Positions 9,875 through 19,608 of a DNA stretch of 64,000 nucleotides are shown piece after piece. A model generated the notes under the pieces. It saw only the letters and a list, made by a program, of their open reading frames with translations, made no database searches and had not been told where the DNA came from. The position numbers and the translations under genes are program-made. Numbering within the stretch: the stretch's first letter is position 1; each line of letters starts with the position of its first letter. The stretch is from a bacterium. Lineage in GTDB: Bacteria; Patescibacteriota; Minisyncoccia; Moranbacterales; DUUL01. The stretch is taken from NCBI GenBank assembly GCA_018675685.1, contig JABGXP010000002.1, forward strand, positions 14,367-78,366, in the 5' to 3' direction.

Positions 9875-10391
9875 TTTTCTTCCGACGGAAAGAAGAGAAG
9901 AAATTAAAAATTTAAAGTACATAGGAGTTGTTATGCGAGTTGGCGTAATGGCAGTTTTAGCATTGTGTGTTTTTGTTACCTTTCTTGGACTCATTAGATA
10001 CACGATTAATATCGAGAAGGATTTTGTTGAAAGTGAGATTTTGCGTTTTGAAAATAGTAAGGAGTATCAACAAACTAAAGTCGCCCAAGACTCCCTTCGT
10101 GAATATAGTTATAGCGCCAAGACTATTAAAAGTGGGCTTAAGCAAAAAAGGAACTTCACAGGACTTATTTCCCAGATAAGTGAAATGATTCCAGACGGTA
10201 TCATTTTAAATAAACTATCGGTGGATAATAAGAATGTTGTTTTGAGCGGGGTGGCGCTTGAGAGAAAAAGTTTATTAATATTAGAACAGCGATTAATGGA
10301 GGATCAAAGATTTAAAAGCGTTGATTCACCAATTTCAAATTTTGTATCTGAGACAAATGCAGAGTTTTCTTTTAAGATGGAGTTAAAATAA
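9858..10391 (+). CDS. pilN: type IV pilus assembly protein PilN, copy 1
   Basis: 177 aa. N-terminal INFLPTERREE motif then a single TM. Overlaps the pilM stop by 17 nt, suggesting translational coupling. Confidence 0.65.
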   Translation: MNISINFLPTERREEIKNLKYIGVVMRVGVMAVLALCVFVTFLGLIRYTINIEKDFVESEILRFENSKEYQQTKVAQDSLREYSYSAKTIKSGLKQKRNFTGLISQISEMIPDGIILNKLSVDNKNVVLSGVALERKSLLILEQRLMEDQRFKSVDSPISNFVSETNAEFSFKMELK

Positions 10392-10406
10392 TTTTTCGAA
10401 AATTAG

Positions 10407-11063
10407 ATGAAGAAGAACAGTGTTAAAAAAAGTAAGCAAGTTCTCATAATATCAATCTTGATTAGTATCGCCCTAGCTGCTTCTTTGATATTTTTTATAA
10501 TACAACCGATAGTAAAGGGTGTCTATCAAACAAGGGATGTTTTTGAAGAGGATAAGATTATGTTTGATGCAATCAGAAGTGACGCTGCCCAATCTCATGT
10601 TTTCGTTGAGTTGGTTGAAAATCTTGGGAAAGACCAGAGTCTTGTTGAGAATGCATTGATAAAAAAAGAATCAGTGGTGATTTTTATTCAGGACATAGAA
10701 CAGATTACTAGAGATGTTGGAAATGAAATTAGTATATCTCAACTCTCTGTATTAAGAGCAAAAAAAGCTTCCAGTGATGGAACGGAAGAGCAAGAGAATG
10801 CACGTTTGGAGGAATTGGAAAAAGAAAAAAGAAAAGTTCGCCTAGCATTAGAGGTTAGGGGCAACTATAAGCAGTTCTCTGAGTTTCTATACAAACTTGA
10901 AAATATGACATATGTTTTTCAAATTGAATCAATTAGTGTTGGGAACTCCTCAGATAGATTCAGTAGCTCCCTAAGAGCAACAGAGGAAGTGCCAATTGAT
11001 TTTACGATAAGTCAAATTATACTTTCATTCACTCCTAAAAATGATAGCAAAGAAAACAAATGA
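10407..11063 (+). CDS. pilO: PilO-like pilus assembly protein, copy 1
   Basis: 218 aa, single N-terminal TM, coiled-coil, position after pilN. Confidence 0.45.
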   Translation: MKKNSVKKSKQVLIISILISIALAASLIFFIIQPIVKGVYQTRDVFEEDKIMFDAIRSDAAQSHVFVELVENLGKDQSLVENALIKKESVVIFIQDIEQITRDVGNEISISQLSVLRAKKASSDGTEEQENARLEELEKEKRKVRLALEVRGNYKQFSEFLYKLENMTYVFQIESISVGNSSDRFSSSLRATEEVPIDFTISQIILSFTPKNDSKENK

Positions 11064-11572
11064 TCCAGAAAAAAAATATTCTCAAAATAGCCAAAAATAG
11101 CCTATTCAACTTTCTTAGATTCTTAGGAACAAAAACTTGGTTTTTTACTGTTTTGTTTTTTGGGGCAGTATTGGCGGTATCTATTTGGATTTGGTGGCAA
11201 TGTGTTTACCAGCCGAAGCCATCAATGGCTGTGATGGAGAAAATTGAGAGAGAACGAGAGGATTTTGATGGTATGAAAAAAAACACAATGGAAGCCATTA
11301 CTCTTTTGCAGGAGTATCGAAATAATTACAACAATGCTCCTAAGTTTGAAAACCAAAGAGAGCTGTTTATTGACCTTTTAGATGAAAGCGTAATTGAGGA
11401 GATTAATAAAAAAGATGATGTGATTATCAAAAAAGAGGAAAATATTTTGCCAGAAGGGATAGAGGAGCAACAAGAAATTCAAGCAGAAGAAGTGGAAGTA
11501 GAGACTGAAACACCGAGTGATCAAAGTGAAAATAATTCATTGAAGGATGTAATTCTTAATATAGGTAATTAG
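11060..11572 (+). CDS. hypothetical membrane protein with acidic C-terminal tail (pilus operon-associated)
   Basis: 170 aa. ATGA overlap with the upstream gene. One TM (TWFFTVLFFGAVLAVSIWIWW). E-rich C-terminus. Confidence 0.4.
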   Translation: MIQKKNILKIAKNSLFNFLRFLGTKTWFFTVLFFGAVLAVSIWIWWQCVYQPKPSMAVMEKIEREREDFDGMKKNTMEAITLLQEYRNNYNNAPKFENQRELFIDLLDESVIEEINKKDDVIIKKEENILPEGIEEQQEIQAEEVEVETETPSDQSENNSLKDVILNIGN

Positions 11573-11687
11573 TTTTCAAAGTCCTTAAGAAAGAGGTTTT
11601 TACTTTAACTAAAACCTTTGACTATTGGATTTTTTTCTGTTATCCTTGGCAAAGGTTTTCAAATTCAAAAGTTTAGAAAATCATTTT

Positions 11688-11761
11688 GTCCTGGTAGCTC
11701 AGTTGGATAGAGCAATGGACTTCTAATCCATAGGTCGGGGGTTCGAATCCCTCCCAGGACA
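11688..11761 (+). tRNA. tRNA-Arg (anticodon TCT)
   Basis: Cloverleaf: acceptor GTCCTGG/CCAGGAC, D-arm GCTCAGTTGGATAGAGC, anticodon stem ATGGA/TCCAT with loop CTTCTAA, T-loop GGTTCGAATCC. No encoded CCA. Confidence 0.9.
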
Positions 11762-11766
11762 CATAT

Positions 11767-11805
11767 AAAAAAATACCTAGAAGATATCTTCTAGGTATTT
11801 TTTTA
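11767..11805. terminator. bidirectional Rho-independent terminator (perfect palindrome flanked by A-run and T-run)
   Basis: AAAAAAATACCTAGAAGATATCTTCTAGGTATTTTTTT between tRNA-Arg (+) and the convergent ychF (-). Confidence 0.8.
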
Positions 11806-11859
11806 TATCCTTTGAGTGACTTGCAATGAGTGCTAACAGATCCGAGCGAGAGGGCGAGT

Positions 11860-12921
11860 TTAAATTAAAAATTCAACAACATCGCCATCTTGTACGATAT
11901 AATCCTTGCCTTCCGTTCGTAAAAGTCCAGTCTCTCTTGCTTTCACCTTAGAACCAACTCTCATAAGATCTTCAAATGCAATAATCTCTGCACGAATAAA
12001 TTTTTCTTCGAAATCACCATGAATTGCACGACCAGCTCGGGGGGCAGTGGAATTTTTTGGAATTGTCCAAGCTCTTGTTTCCATTTCTCCAGTTGTGAGA
12101 TATGTCATAAGTCCAAGCATGCCATAACTCTTTGTGATAAGCTCGGAAAGCTCTGACTTCAACTCTAGTTCCTTGATGTCTTCATCAGTGAGCTCCAGAA
12201 TATCTTCCTCTGTTTTGATATCCAATGCGACAAAATTTTCAATTTCTGCGAGGGCATACTTTTTGATTTCAGCTGAGATGTTTTTTGGGTTGCTAGTATT
12301 GAAAACATAAAGAATCGGTTTGGAACTTAGTAGATGGAGGTCTGAAATTAAACTAGCATCTTTTCCTAAACTTGAAATAAAGGAATGAACCTTATCTAAA
12401 TTATTTTCATCTAAGATATCTTTTAGTTTCGAGACAATATTTTTTTGCTTAATAGCATCTTTATCGTTGCTTTTTGCTTGTCGTTCAAGGGCAGAAAGTC
12501 GCTTCTGCACAGTTTCCATATCAGCCAGGATAAGTTCGGTGTTGATAACCTCAATATCCCTCTTAGGATCAATATGGCCGTGCACATGAGTGATGTTTTC
12601 ACTCTCAAAAAGTCTAACAACTTCAACAATCGCATCCACTTCTCGAATGTTATGTAGAAATTTATTTCCAAGTCCTTGACCCTCCGCAGCACCTTTCACA
12701 AGTCCTGCGATATCAACAAATTCTGTTGTGGCATAGAGCAGTTTTTTGGATCCTGAAAGCTTTGAAAGTTCCTCAAGTCGCTTATCTGGAACTTCGACAA
12801 CTCCGATATTTGGTTCAATAGTGCAAAATGGATAATTATTAATGTCCACTTGAATGTTAGTTAGAGCCTTAAACAAGGTTGATTTTCCAATGTTTGGGAG
12901 TCCTACGATTCCAATTTTCAT
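11860..12921 (-). CDS. ychF: ribosome-binding ATPase YchF (Obg-family GTPase with TGS domain)
   Basis: MKIGIVGLPNIGKSTLFKALT G1 motif. C-terminal TGS-like DYIVQDGDVVEFLI. 353 aa. Confidence 0.9.
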   Translation of the reverse strand: MKIGIVGLPNIGKSTLFKALTNIQVDINNYPFCTIEPNIGVVEVPDKRLEELSKLSGSKKLLYATTEFVDIAGLVKGAAEGQGLGNKFLHNIREVDAIVEVVRLFESENITHVHGHIDPKRDIEVINTELILADMETVQKRLSALERQAKSNDKDAIKQKNIVSKLKDILDENNLDKVHSFISSLGKDASLISDLHLLSSKPILYVFNTSNPKNISAEIKKYALAEIENFVALDIKTEEDILELTDEDIKELELKSELSELITKSYGMLGLMTYLTTGEMETRAWTIPKNSTAPRAGRAIHGDFEEKFIRAEIIAFEDLMRVGSKVKARETGLLRTEGKDYIVQDGDVVEFLI

Positions 12922-13065
12922 ATTAAAGGGTAAAATTATTTAAAATGTCTGTAGCTATCATTGCGTGTCTTGTGGGAAATGTCAAATATGGTATAATAAT
13001 TCGAAGTTTAGCGGTATTTGTATTCAATACAAGTAATGGAAACGTACTTCAAAGGAGGTCTTGAG

Positions 13066-13170
13066 ATGACAGAATCAATAGACAGAAAAAGGATCCCAAT
13101 AAAGTTTTATCAGGCAGTGCCTGTTTTTATTTACAAACTTGTATTTATAGGTGTGATATACTTGCATTAA
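13066..13170 (+). CDS. putative 34-aa hydrophobic small peptide (MTESIDRKRIPIKFYQAVPVFIYKLVFIGVIYLH)
   Basis: Strong SD AAAGGAGG 7 nt upstream of the ATG at 13066; stop TAA at 13168-13170. Not in the ORF track because it is under 60 aa. Confidence 0.25.
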   Translation: MTESIDRKRIPIKFYQAVPVFIYKLVFIGVIYLH

Positions 13171-13194
13171 GAGGTTAATTTTTTAAAGAATAAT

Positions 13195-13995
13195 ATGGAG
13201 GAGAGAAAGGAATTTTTAAGGAAAATTGTTCGTGAGGCAGGGAGTATCGTTTTGGAAAAGTTTGAGAACTCAGCAATCGAATATACGAAAGATGATAAAT
13301 TGGATCTAGTTACTGATGCTGACTTAGCATCCAATAATTTTATTGTGAGGAAAATCAAAAAAACTTTTCCTAACGATGGAATTATTTCAGAAGAATTAGA
13401 TAATGAAGAATGTGATGGGAGATATACATGGGTGATTGATCCGCTTGATGGAACAATTAATTTTGCTACCGGGATCCCAATTTTTGTAGTAATGATCGCC
13501 CTAATGAAGGAAGGGGAGGTCCAGATGTCCGCGATCTTTGATCCTGTATATAACAAATTTGCTTTTGCAAAGAAAGGCGAAGGTGCTTTTGTGAATGATG
13601 TTAAGATTCAATGTTCCAAAGAGGAGAAAATGACAAGTTCACGTGGAATAATGAGTTCCGTTGTTTTGGCTCAAGAAATTTGCTTACGAGAAAAAGTGAT
13701 TAAAAAAGGTGAAGCTGTGAATACTCGTATGGGGGTAAACGCCTTTGGTTGTGCTGGTTTTAATGCAATATGTGTGGCAGAGGGAAAAAGGGAGTGGATT
13801 GTAGGCTTCAATACAAAACTGTGGGATATTGCGCCTTCTGTGCTATTGTTAGCAGAAGCTGGATGTAAAGTTACAAATCATGCCGGAGAAGAGTGGCGAC
13901 CTGGGATGGCGATGGTTGCAGCAAATAAGGAATTACACAAGGAGCTTGTGGAGTTAACAAAAGGATGCGATTCTTTAAGTCACTCAGTACATTGA
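13195..13995 (+). CDS. inositol monophosphatase family protein (IMPase/SuhB-like)
   Basis: IMPase motifs: DLVTDADLASN, EE, and WVIDPLDGTINFATGIP. Confidence 0.85.
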   Translation: MEERKEFLRKIVREAGSIVLEKFENSAIEYTKDDKLDLVTDADLASNNFIVRKIKKTFPNDGIISEELDNEECDGRYTWVIDPLDGTINFATGIPIFVVMIALMKEGEVQMSAIFDPVYNKFAFAKKGEGAFVNDVKIQCSKEEKMTSSRGIMSSVVLAQEICLREKVIKKGEAVNTRMGVNAFGCAGFNAICVAEGKREWIVGFNTKLWDIAPSVLLLAEAGCKVTNHAGEEWRPGMAMVAANKELHKELVELTKGCDSLSHSVH

Positions 13996-14058
13996 GTTAT
14001 CTTCTTTAAGGTGATAGCATTGTTTAGTTGATTTGAGTAAAAGTAAAACACTTGGAAT

Positions 14059-15297
14059 ATGAAAGTTAAAAAACCAGAATTGCTTGCACCAGCAGGAAAC
14101 TTAGCAAAAATGAATACTGCTTTTACATTTGGAGCAGATGCGGTATATTTTGGTATTCCAAATTTCTCGCTTAGAGTAAGAATAAATCAATTTGATGAAA
14201 AGTCGATTCTAGAGGCCGCCAAGTATTGTCGGAAAAAAAGAAAAAAATTCTATATAACTTTAAATATCTATGCCCATAATGAGCATTTGAAAAAACTTCC
14301 TAAGCATTTAAAATTTGTTAAAGAAATCGCACCTGATGCCATTATTATTTCAGATCCAGGTGTTTTACAAGTTGTGAAAAAAGAATTGCCGGATACACCA
14401 ATTCATATTTCAACACAAGCAAATGTGACAAATGTGGAAGCTGTTAAGTTTTGGCAAGCACAGGGAGCAGAGCGCATCATCCTAGCAAGAGAAGTCACAC
14501 TTAAGGAGGTTAGAGAGATTAAAAAAGAGGTTCCAGGAATGGAGTTGGAATGCTTCGTACATGGTGCGATGTGCATGTCATATAGTGGTCGCTGTATTCT
14601 TTCGAAATGGATGACAAATAGAAGTGCTAATCTCGGAGATTGCAGCCAACCTTGTCGTTGGAAATATAAAACAGTAAGCAAAAGAATCGAAGTTGTTGAC
14701 GATAAAGATCGCTTTAATATAAAAATAGAAGAAGATCAGCACGGAACATATCTTTTTAATAGTTACGACATGTGTTTGATCGAGCATGTAGCTGAACTGA
14801 TTGAGGCTGGCATTGACTCAGTGAAAATTGAAGGACGAGCAAAGAGTGTTTTTTATGTGGGAGTTGTTTCTCGCGCATATAGAAAAGTTATCAATGCTTA
14901 CTATGAGGGTGAAAATGAGTATCAAAAAGAGATTGAACTTGCAAAAAAAGAATTGTATAAACTTGCCAACAGAGGTTACGGAAAAGGTTTTTTGCTAGGA
15001 GAGGATCCTGATCATTTGTTTAACGACTCAGCGGTTGCTGCTAGTTGGGAATTTGCTGGAATTTGTGAAGACCAAGAAAGTAGCAATATGAGAAGGGTAT
15101 TCATACATAACCGCTTGAGAACAGAGGATGAAATTGAAATCATCACTCCCAACGAAGTAATTAGCGTGAAAGCTTTGAATATAAAAAATAATAAAAAGGA
15201 GGAGATTGACTCAGCTCATGGAGGGAAAAATGAATTTTTTCTTGTTGAATTTAACAAAGAAATCAAGGGACCTTTTTTGCTTAGAGTGAAAATATAA
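14059..15297 (+). CDS. peptidase U32 family protein (collagenase-like PrtC/YhbU/RlhA family)
   Basis: N-terminus KPELLAPAGNLAKMNTAFTFGADAVYFG, C-x-x-C-rich core and C-terminal domain, 412 aa. Confidence 0.85.
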   Translation: MKVKKPELLAPAGNLAKMNTAFTFGADAVYFGIPNFSLRVRINQFDEKSILEAAKYCRKKRKKFYITLNIYAHNEHLKKLPKHLKFVKEIAPDAIIISDPGVLQVVKKELPDTPIHISTQANVTNVEAVKFWQAQGAERIILAREVTLKEVREIKKEVPGMELECFVHGAMCMSYSGRCILSKWMTNRSANLGDCSQPCRWKYKTVSKRIEVVDDKDRFNIKIEEDQHGTYLFNSYDMCLIEHVAELIEAGIDSVKIEGRAKSVFYVGVVSRAYRKVINAYYEGENEYQKEIELAKKELYKLANRGYGKGFLLGEDPDHLFNDSAVAASWEFAGICEDQESSNMRRVFIHNRLRTEDEIEIITPNEVISVKALNIKNNKKEEIDSAHGGKNEFFLVEFNKEIKGPFLLRVKI

Positions 15298-15415
15298 AGA
15301 AGTCTAATAGAAGCATTTTTTGTTGGTGTTTGCTGACATTTTTCGGTTGACCAAAAGGAAAAACATTGCTAGGATTAGGAACTTATAAAGAATTAAAAGA
15401 GTAAGAAAAAAGGCT

Positions 15416-16162
15416 ATGTATTTCACTCACTTGCAAAAGGCTAAGATCATTCTAGTTTTAAATTTTATAGTCTTATGCTGCATTATTATATTGACTCCAT
15501 TTTTTATTAAAAATGGAACTGTTTTGCTTTCAGAAGAAGCCGTGGAGGGCGTGTTTCTAACAATAGAACTCTTTGCTCTTATCGTTGTTTTTCGTCATTA
15601 TGATTCACAGAACAAAAGATACGAAGATGAAACAACGACATTGAATACAAAATTAGAGAAAAAGGAAAAAGAATTATTGAATGCATTGGAATATCTAGGT
15701 AAAGTCAACGTTCAAGTCTCAATGATTAAATCAATTTTCGAGAAAATGAAAGTTCCTTCTACAAAGAGTCAACTAATCGAAGTATATTCAGAGCTCTTGC
15801 GAATTGTTTGTGGAATGACCGATGAATCATACGCTACGCTTCGAATTGTAAACTTGCAAAATGGTAGAATGCTGAGCGAACACGTCGAGAGAGTCAGTAG
15901 CACTAAAGGAAAGGAGCTCAAAAATATAATTGGGAATAAAGAGTTAGTAGAGAGGTTTATAAAAAGAGATAAGAATAATAAGGGCGAATTTGCGACTTTT
16001 TTCTCTGATGTGGAAAATTTTTATGTAAAAGCTTTTATTACCATCCCAAACTCTAAAAGGAAAAAATTTCAGCAAGAGGAGCGTGCTTTTCTGGAGGCTG
16101 TAGCTAATCAATGTGAAATTGTTTTTTTATTATTTAATTCAAGATATTACAAAAATAAATAA
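15416..16162 (+). CDS. hypothetical membrane protein
   Basis: 248 aa, two N-terminal TMs, coiled-coil. No recognisable catalytic motif. Confidence 0.45.
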   Translation: MYFTHLQKAKIILVLNFIVLCCIIILTPFFIKNGTVLLSEEAVEGVFLTIELFALIVVFRHYDSQNKRYEDETTTLNTKLEKKEKELLNALEYLGKVNVQVSMIKSIFEKMKVPSTKSQLIEVYSELLRIVCGMTDESYATLRIVNLQNGRMLSEHVERVSSTKGKELKNIIGNKELVERFIKRDKNNKGEFATFFSDVENFYVKAFITIPNSKRKKFQQEERAFLEAVANQCEIVFLLFNSRYYKNK

Positions 16163-16241
16163 GCTAGTTATTTAAGGGTTGATTAAAATAGTTAAAAATA
16201 TTAAGCTTAATCTATGGAATATTAATAATAATAAAAAATAG

Positions 16242-17039
16242 ATGAAAGGTATAATCCTTGCCGGTGGAACTGCAACAAGGTTGTTTCCACTTACGGCGAC
16301 TACAAGCAAACAACTTTTGCCAGTTTATGACAGGCAAATGATTTTTTTTCCGCTGAACACTTTGATTAAGGCTGGAATAAAAGATATTCTGATGATTGTC
16401 GCACCTGATCATTCAGGACAGTATTTGAATTTATTGGGTACAATTTTTGAGAAACATGGAATTAGAATTGAATTTAAAGTTCAGAAATTACCAAAAGGCT
16501 TAGCTGATGCATTCATAGTTGGGGAAAATTTCATTGGAACTGATAATGTAGCTATGATTTTAGGAGATAATATTTTTGAAAATGATTTTTCAAAAGAGAT
16601 TAAAGGTTTTAAGTCAGGAGGACACATCTTCGCTGTAAAGGTTCCAGATCCAGAGCGATATGGAGTTGTGAGGTTTGATGATGCAGGCAAGGTTCTTCAG
16701 ATTGAAGAAAAGCCGAAGGAATGGATTAGCGACTATGCAATACCAGGTCTTTATATTTATGATAATAGGTGTTGTGAGGCTGCTAAAAAGGTAATTCCTT
16801 CAGAGAGAGGAGAAATTGAAATCACTGAGCTTCATGACTTTTATTTTAAAAAAGAAGAATTAACCGTTAGCTCTTTCGAGGGTGCTTATCTAGACGCGGG
16901 AACATTTGATTCCTTACTAGAGGCAGGAAAAATTGTTAAAGAAAGAGGGATAAGTAGAAAATTTGATCCAATTATCAACGAGGCTATCGAAGAGTTCAAT
17001 GAAGAACTCAAAGTTATCGCCAGAAAAAGATTGGCTTAG
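16242..17039 (+). CDS. rmlA: glucose-1-phosphate thymidylyltransferase-like sugar nucleotidyltransferase
   Basis: MKGIILAGGTATRLFPLT...SKQLLPVYDRQMIFFPL, the canonical RmlA/RfbA N-terminus. Confidence 0.75.
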   Translation: MKGIILAGGTATRLFPLTATTSKQLLPVYDRQMIFFPLNTLIKAGIKDILMIVAPDHSGQYLNLLGTIFEKHGIRIEFKVQKLPKGLADAFIVGENFIGTDNVAMILGDNIFENDFSKEIKGFKSGGHIFAVKVPDPERYGVVRFDDAGKVLQIEEKPKEWISDYAIPGLYIYDNRCCEAAKKVIPSERGEIEITELHDFYFKKEELTVSSFEGAYLDAGTFDSLLEAGKIVKERGISRKFDPIINEAIEEFNEELKVIARKRLA

Positions 17040-17093
17040 TTAGGATCTTGAGATATAATAAAAAGTATTGATTAAAAAATAATTGAGCAAAAA

Positions 17094-17957
17094 ATGAAAA
17101 TTAAAAAAGCTGTCATTGCTGTTGCTGGAAGCGGAACAAGACTTTTGCCTGCAACCAAGGCTATGCCCAAAGAGATGTTGCCTATTGTGGATAAACCGAT
17201 TATCCAACTTGTTGTAGAAGAGTTAGTAGAAGCTGGCATCGAGGATATTATCATGGTAACTAAATGGGATAAGAAGCCACTTGAAGATCATTTTGACCAT
17301 AGTTGGGCACTGGAAAATGACCTGGAAAAAGCAGGCAAAGATGACTATCTGAAAGAAGTGAAGCGAATTGCTGGAATGGCTAATTATATTTATATTCGAC
17401 AAGCTCCGCAATATGGAAATGGCGTTCCCGTCTTATCAGCTGCAAGCTTGGTTGATGATGAGCCTTTTGTTTTTGTTTGGGGAGATGATTTAGTGAAATC
17501 AGATATTTCTTTTACAAAACAAATGATTGAGGATTACGAGAAGAACGAGAATCTAATGATTGGAGTTCAAGAGGTTCCTGAGGACCAAGTTGATCGATAT
17601 GGAATTGTGAAACTAAAAGAAGGAACAATGCAAATGGTAGATGTTGTTGAAAAGCCAGCAATTGGGGAAGCGCCTTCAAGATTCGCTCAATTTGGAAGAA
17701 TGATTTTGAATCAAGAAATTATTGATGTATTGAAAAGAACTCCTCCAGGGAAAGGCAATGAAATCTGGATCACAGATGCAATCCAGACTTACATTAAAGA
17801 AGGAGGTAAATTTTTTGCAAAGAAAGTAGAAAATGGTGAGTGGCTTACAACAGGTGATCCATTGAATTATATGAAAGCCTCCTTAAAATATGCAGTTGAA
17901 AGAGATGACATCGGAGAGGAAATCAAAGAATTTTTTCAAAAAGAACTTTTAAAGTAA
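17094..17957 (+). CDS. galU: UTP--glucose-1-phosphate uridylyltransferase
   Basis: KAVIAVAGSGTRLLPATKAMPKEMLPIVDKPIIQLVVEE matches the GalU signature. 287 aa. Confidence 0.85.
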   Translation: MKIKKAVIAVAGSGTRLLPATKAMPKEMLPIVDKPIIQLVVEELVEAGIEDIIMVTKWDKKPLEDHFDHSWALENDLEKAGKDDYLKEVKRIAGMANYIYIRQAPQYGNGVPVLSAASLVDDEPFVFVWGDDLVKSDISFTKQMIEDYEKNENLMIGVQEVPEDQVDRYGIVKLKEGTMQMVDVVEKPAIGEAPSRFAQFGRMILNQEIIDVLKRTPPGKGNEIWITDAIQTYIKEGGKFFAKKVENGEWLTTGDPLNYMKASLKYAVERDDIGEEIKEFFQKELLK

Positions 17958-17965
17958 TAATGGGA

Positions 17966-17999
17966 TAAAAAAACACTGGCGAAAGTCAGTGTTTTTTTG
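17966..17999 (+). terminator. Rho-independent terminator after galU
   Basis: AAAAAAACACTG-GCGAAAGT-CAGTGTTTTTTT. Confidence 0.8.
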
Positions 18000-18064
18000 A
18001 AAAACAACAGCATAGGTGCTACAATTAATCAAAACAATTTCTAAAATTTAAGCTTTTAATAAAA

Positions 18065-19153
18065 ATGTTTAATTTTGAAGGTGGTAGGTCAGAGTTTTTA
18101 GAAAATGAGCCATTTGAATATAGTCCTAGTCCAGAGGTTATAAACGAAGAAGAGGATAATTTAGGAGAGATGATTCGATTAGAGAAAAATGAGGTAAAAG
18201 AAAAATTTGCTGACATGATTGACTATGTTGGCAGGAGGTATGAATCTCCAGATTCAACTCTTTCTCAATCCGAAGAGCAACTAAAAGCGTTTAAAGAACA
18301 TAATGAGCAAATTTTAGATAAATGCATTGAACAGGGAATTAAAAGAGGTTTGAATGAAGATGAGTTGGCTAAATTAGAAGTGTCCGCAATTTTACATGAT
18401 TTAAGTAAAGGAGATACGCCACCAAAATGGGCAGCCGGTATTGGGAACTTCACTCTTGTGTATCATGGGGAATCTGCTGCTGAAGAGATTGGTTCCAATG
18501 AGAAATTACAACAACTCTTGAAGGATGAACTCGGAGAAGATGATCTAGAGGATAAAGTTGCACATATACAAAGAGCAATTCGTTCACATATGGGCCCTCA
18601 CCCAGGGTTTATGAGTGATGTGTTGGGTATGGTTAATGAGGAACTTAAAGAGAAAGGACTCGATCAGATTGAACATTCTCGTCCAAAGGAAGGTGACCAA
18701 GTTGCGGAGGTTCTTTTGGCTGCTGATATGTATTCCCTGGCAAGTTCAAAAGGCATCCGGAAGGTTATGGCGATTCGTAGCGCAGTTCCATTTTTTAAGC
18801 AACAAGATAAAGATTTAAGTACTGAATATGCGGAACTTGGGATAGAATTGAATCCTGGAGAAGCCGCTATTCTCAGCGCTTTTGATAGTGCGTACGCAGC
18901 ACGTGACATGATTCAAAACAACGATGACAAGGAGTGGATTCAGTCCACAATCGATAAGTCAGTTGAAAGCAAATATAGATATAATCCACTCGATGACGGG
19001 GATCGAAGAATATCTGGTCATGTGCCAGAGGGATGTGATCGTAGACAAACAGGAATAATGGTCTCAATTGAAGAGGCACAACAAAAAAGAAAGCAATTTG
19101 AAGATGCAAAAAAATCTCGTGAAGCCTTGGAAAAAATTCAAGAGATAGTGTAG
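18065..19153 (+). CDS. hypothetical protein, possible HD-domain phosphohydrolase
   Basis: 362 aa, acidic N-terminus. H...HD motif (AILHDLSKGD) and later His residues (HIQRAIRSHMGPHP). Assignment is tentative. Confidence 0.45.
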   Translation: MFNFEGGRSEFLENEPFEYSPSPEVINEEEDNLGEMIRLEKNEVKEKFADMIDYVGRRYESPDSTLSQSEEQLKAFKEHNEQILDKCIEQGIKRGLNEDELAKLEVSAILHDLSKGDTPPKWAAGIGNFTLVYHGESAAEEIGSNEKLQQLLKDELGEDDLEDKVAHIQRAIRSHMGPHPGFMSDVLGMVNEELKEKGLDQIEHSRPKEGDQVAEVLLAADMYSLASSKGIRKVMAIRSAVPFFKQQDKDLSTEYAELGIELNPGEAAILSAFDSAYAARDMIQNNDDKEWIQSTIDKSVESKYRYNPLDDGDRRISGHVPEGCDRRQTGIMVSIEEAQQKRKQFEDAKKSREALEKIQEIV

Positions 19154-19161
19154 TATTTTTA

Positions 19162-19190
19162 TTGACAAAATCACAAACAAGTGCTATTGT
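19162..19190 (+). promoter_or_regulatory. sigma70 promoter TTGACA-17nt-TATTGT driving rnpB
   Basis: Consensus -35 TTGACA at 19162-19167, 17-nt spacer, -10 TATTGT at 19185-19190. The predicted TSS (~19196) coincides with the predicted rnpB 5' end. Confidence 0.55.
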
Positions 19191-19195
19191 TTGGA

Positions 19196-19575
19196 TAGTT
19201 TCGTTTGCAATGCAATTGCTTTGACTTGTTCAAAGAGGAAAGTCTGGACACCATTGTTCTTTTAGAACAATATGGATAATCGGTAATGCCGATCGGTTTA
19301 TTAGTAATAATAAACAAGGGAAAGTGCCGCAGAGACAATACTAACTAACGCTTTGCGTTAGCCAAAGGTGAAAAGTGCATTGATGTAATCATTCCGATGA
19401 TTGCTACAAAGCTCGCTTGTTGGCAACAACAGGTTGTGGTAAACCCTATTTGGTGCAAGGCCGTGTTTCGAGAAATCGGAAAGTGCCGCTAAAGTTGCTT
19501 GGAAACATTCAACGTAGATAAATAATTGCAACTCCTTGGAGTAACAGAATCCAGCTTATTTGTTTGTGAAACTAA
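19196..19575 (+). ncRNA. rnpB: RNase P RNA (bacterial type, rnpB)
   Basis: Universal P4 motifs AGAGGAAAGTCTGGAC at 19233-19248 and ACAGAATCCAGCTTA near the 3' end. GGTAATGCCG and GGAAAGTGCCGC(A/T)(G/A)AG elements resemble the P10-P12 region. 5' AGTTTC pairs with 3' GAAACT as P1. Flanked by a strong promoter and a terminator. About 380 nt. Confidence 0.75.
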
Positions 19576-19581
19576 ATCAAA

Positions 19582-19608
19582 AGCGGACCGCAAGGTCTGT
19601 TTTTTTGT
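19582..19608 (+). terminator. Rho-independent terminator after rnpB
   Basis: GCGGACC-GCAA-GGTCTG followed by TTTTTTT. Confidence 0.7.

Noticed and set aside
11594-11617. Hairpin AGGTTTT-N10-AAAACCT after the pilMNO-1 operon
   Set aside because: The 7-bp stem is not followed directly by a T-run, so a terminator role is uncertain.
12423-12692. Antisense/shadow ORFs in the track (examples 12423-12692, 14403-14681, 21000-21326, 46373-46732, 50428-50772, 53275-53682, 63448-63669)
   Set aside because: Each is embedded in a longer, motif-supported gene on the opposite strand or in another frame.
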